DNA of 64,000 nt from Nemertoderma westbladi (Eukaryota > Animalia > Xenacoelomorpha), in contig JAUCBJ010006959.1 in assembly GCA_032718475.1 (NCBI GenBank), positions 26,140 to 90,139 of the forward strand, written 5' to 3'. The translations under genes were made by a program, and so were the position numbers. The notes beneath the pieces were generated by a model, which was given only the letters and a program-made list of their open reading frames with translations, ran no database searches and was not told the origin of the DNA. Of this stretch, positions 62,319 through 64,000 are shown piece by piece. How positions within the stretch are numbered: the stretch's first letter is position 1; each line of letters opens with the position of its first letter.

Positions 62319-64000
62319 TGTATGTTCGCGCTTTCAGACCTTTGGCAGTTTAATCCGCCAAATTAAGATGTCTTCTAGATATTAAATCGCTTTTTAGCCT
62401 ATGACAAGTATTTGATTCACTACACTAGTCGAAACCAATCTGTGCGCGATCATTCACCCGCTGGATATTCCCGGGAGATTGGGTTCGACGGTTTAATTTT
62501 ATTGCTATGTAAGCCTAATGTATTATTCGACTGACAGTATTATATAATCTCTGACAATATTATTCACCTTCGGGAATATTAACAGTTCCTTTAGGACGTG
62601 GCGCTTTATCTATATAAACAGAGTTATGACTTAAACTACTCACAACGATATGGCTTAATTATAATTCACATATATGGCGCATTCTTTAGGAATTGCTTCT
62701 TTAACAGACTCACTCATACACAATGCTGCACAATACTGCACACTAATCTGCCAATCTTCACTGATTTTAGTCACATATAAAAGGAACACAGACTGACTCA
62801 TGTAGGGTCTATCAAATAACATTAGATTCACTTCAAACCACTTTAACATAAGTCACAATCGTTATTGGTAACCTTTCTCTCTTACCTTCGGTATATCAAG
62901 AATATTGGGTTTTCGGGGTTATTTCTCGTTATTCCAATATAATAATTCATCAACCAATATAATGAATAACCGACAACAAATAGCAGTATACAGTATTGAT
63001 TGAGCAGGTAATTTTTAGCAGTTTCGCAGTTATTAAAAGCCGTGTGTCAGCAGCCGCCAGTTATACGTCAGCAGTTAAAGGATATATGTCCTTATAATTA
63101 AACCTACTAGTGTTGAGCTAAAAAGCAGAAAGCACAAAACACTACAAAGCCGTTCTTTCGTGGCTTTGAAAAACTCGTGACTACTACTCTATACGAGGAT
63201 ACCAACTACCCTTATTCCACGAAGCTCCCGTTCAACACAGAGAAAGAGCAGTGAGATAGGAAAATTTCAGTTCAGTAGCTCTGTGATAGGTCAAAATCAA
63301 GGCTAACTCAAATTCTATTGGGAGATACAAAAACAAGGCTATGACGCAACCTTCCTAGGCTGGTTGGCCGATTAAACAGAGCCCAGATACCTGCGTACAG
63401 CAAATCAGCCAATAAGCTGGTAGCTTGCGCTATTCGAGTTATAGATCCCCTTTTAGAGTATTCAGCGACTGGGGGGGAACTGGTTAGCAAGGCAAACGAA
63501 TCAGTTATCCCACAAAAGCTTTTACACCGCTCCCAGAAAATGGGATTTAAGTCTATAAAATATACAAAATCACAATTTCTAATATACATAAATACTCTAA
63601 ACAGTTAGTCTTTCTTGCGCGGACGGCGTTTACGCAGTTTTTTAAAGCTAGCAAGAGTCATTTTCTCTTTGGGGGAAGCCACTTTACTAGGAGGGCCATA
63701 ACTCCTGGGTGAAGGGTGCAATATGATTGCATTAAAAGGTTTGGGTTTACGGTCGGTGTCTCGTCCATTTCGATATGCTTCTCCTCGAGCTGATTTTCCT
63801 CCGCTTGTCATGGGATACGTTCGTCCAAAACTCTCGCAGAGAATAGGGTTTTCTAAGCTTGATATCTTCTTTGAGATTCGAGGTTTCCCAATCGAACTGA
63901 GATAAGGCCAATTTGTTTATCGATTGGACTTACTGTTGTAACTTACGTTTATCTGAACAAACGCAGGTTTCTTTTTTGATCTTTATAGAATAGCGTTTAA

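Noticed and set aside
63308-63905. Short ORFs at the window end
   Set aside because: No recognisable motifs. Possibly part of another repeat running off the window, but not supportable.

Overview
AT-rich animal (probably invertebrate) genomic DNA, almost entirely repetitive. The window opens with a 13-kb satellite of 69-bp units with higher-order structure (1-13124). A four-exon, divergent Rab-family GTPase gene (216 aa) spans 14469-59779, and its two huge introns hold nested mobile elements. Intron 1 contains an RTE LINE fragment, a 34-bp tandem array, a Mutator-type foldback MITE, a tRNA-derived SINE and a 48-bp minisatellite. The minisatellite is split by a TG..CA solo-LTR-like element, which is itself split by a complete 17.9-kb Polinton/Maverick (20811-38751; 321-bp TIRs, 6-bp TSD). 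The Polinton carries the core genes pPolB, integrase, packaging ATPase, adenain-like protease, major capsid and two minor capsids. Its accessory genes are unusual: a TATA-binding-protein-like gene, a possible multi-PC4-fold protein, a RING protein, a DEDD-like nuclease and an adenovirus pX-like protein. Intron 2 contains a parvovirus-type PLA2 remnant and an L2 LINE split by a full-length Ty3/Gypsy element with TG..TA LTRs. A decayed Kolobok-like transposase lies downstream of the gene. All protein assignments come from motif recognition by eye; no database searches were run.
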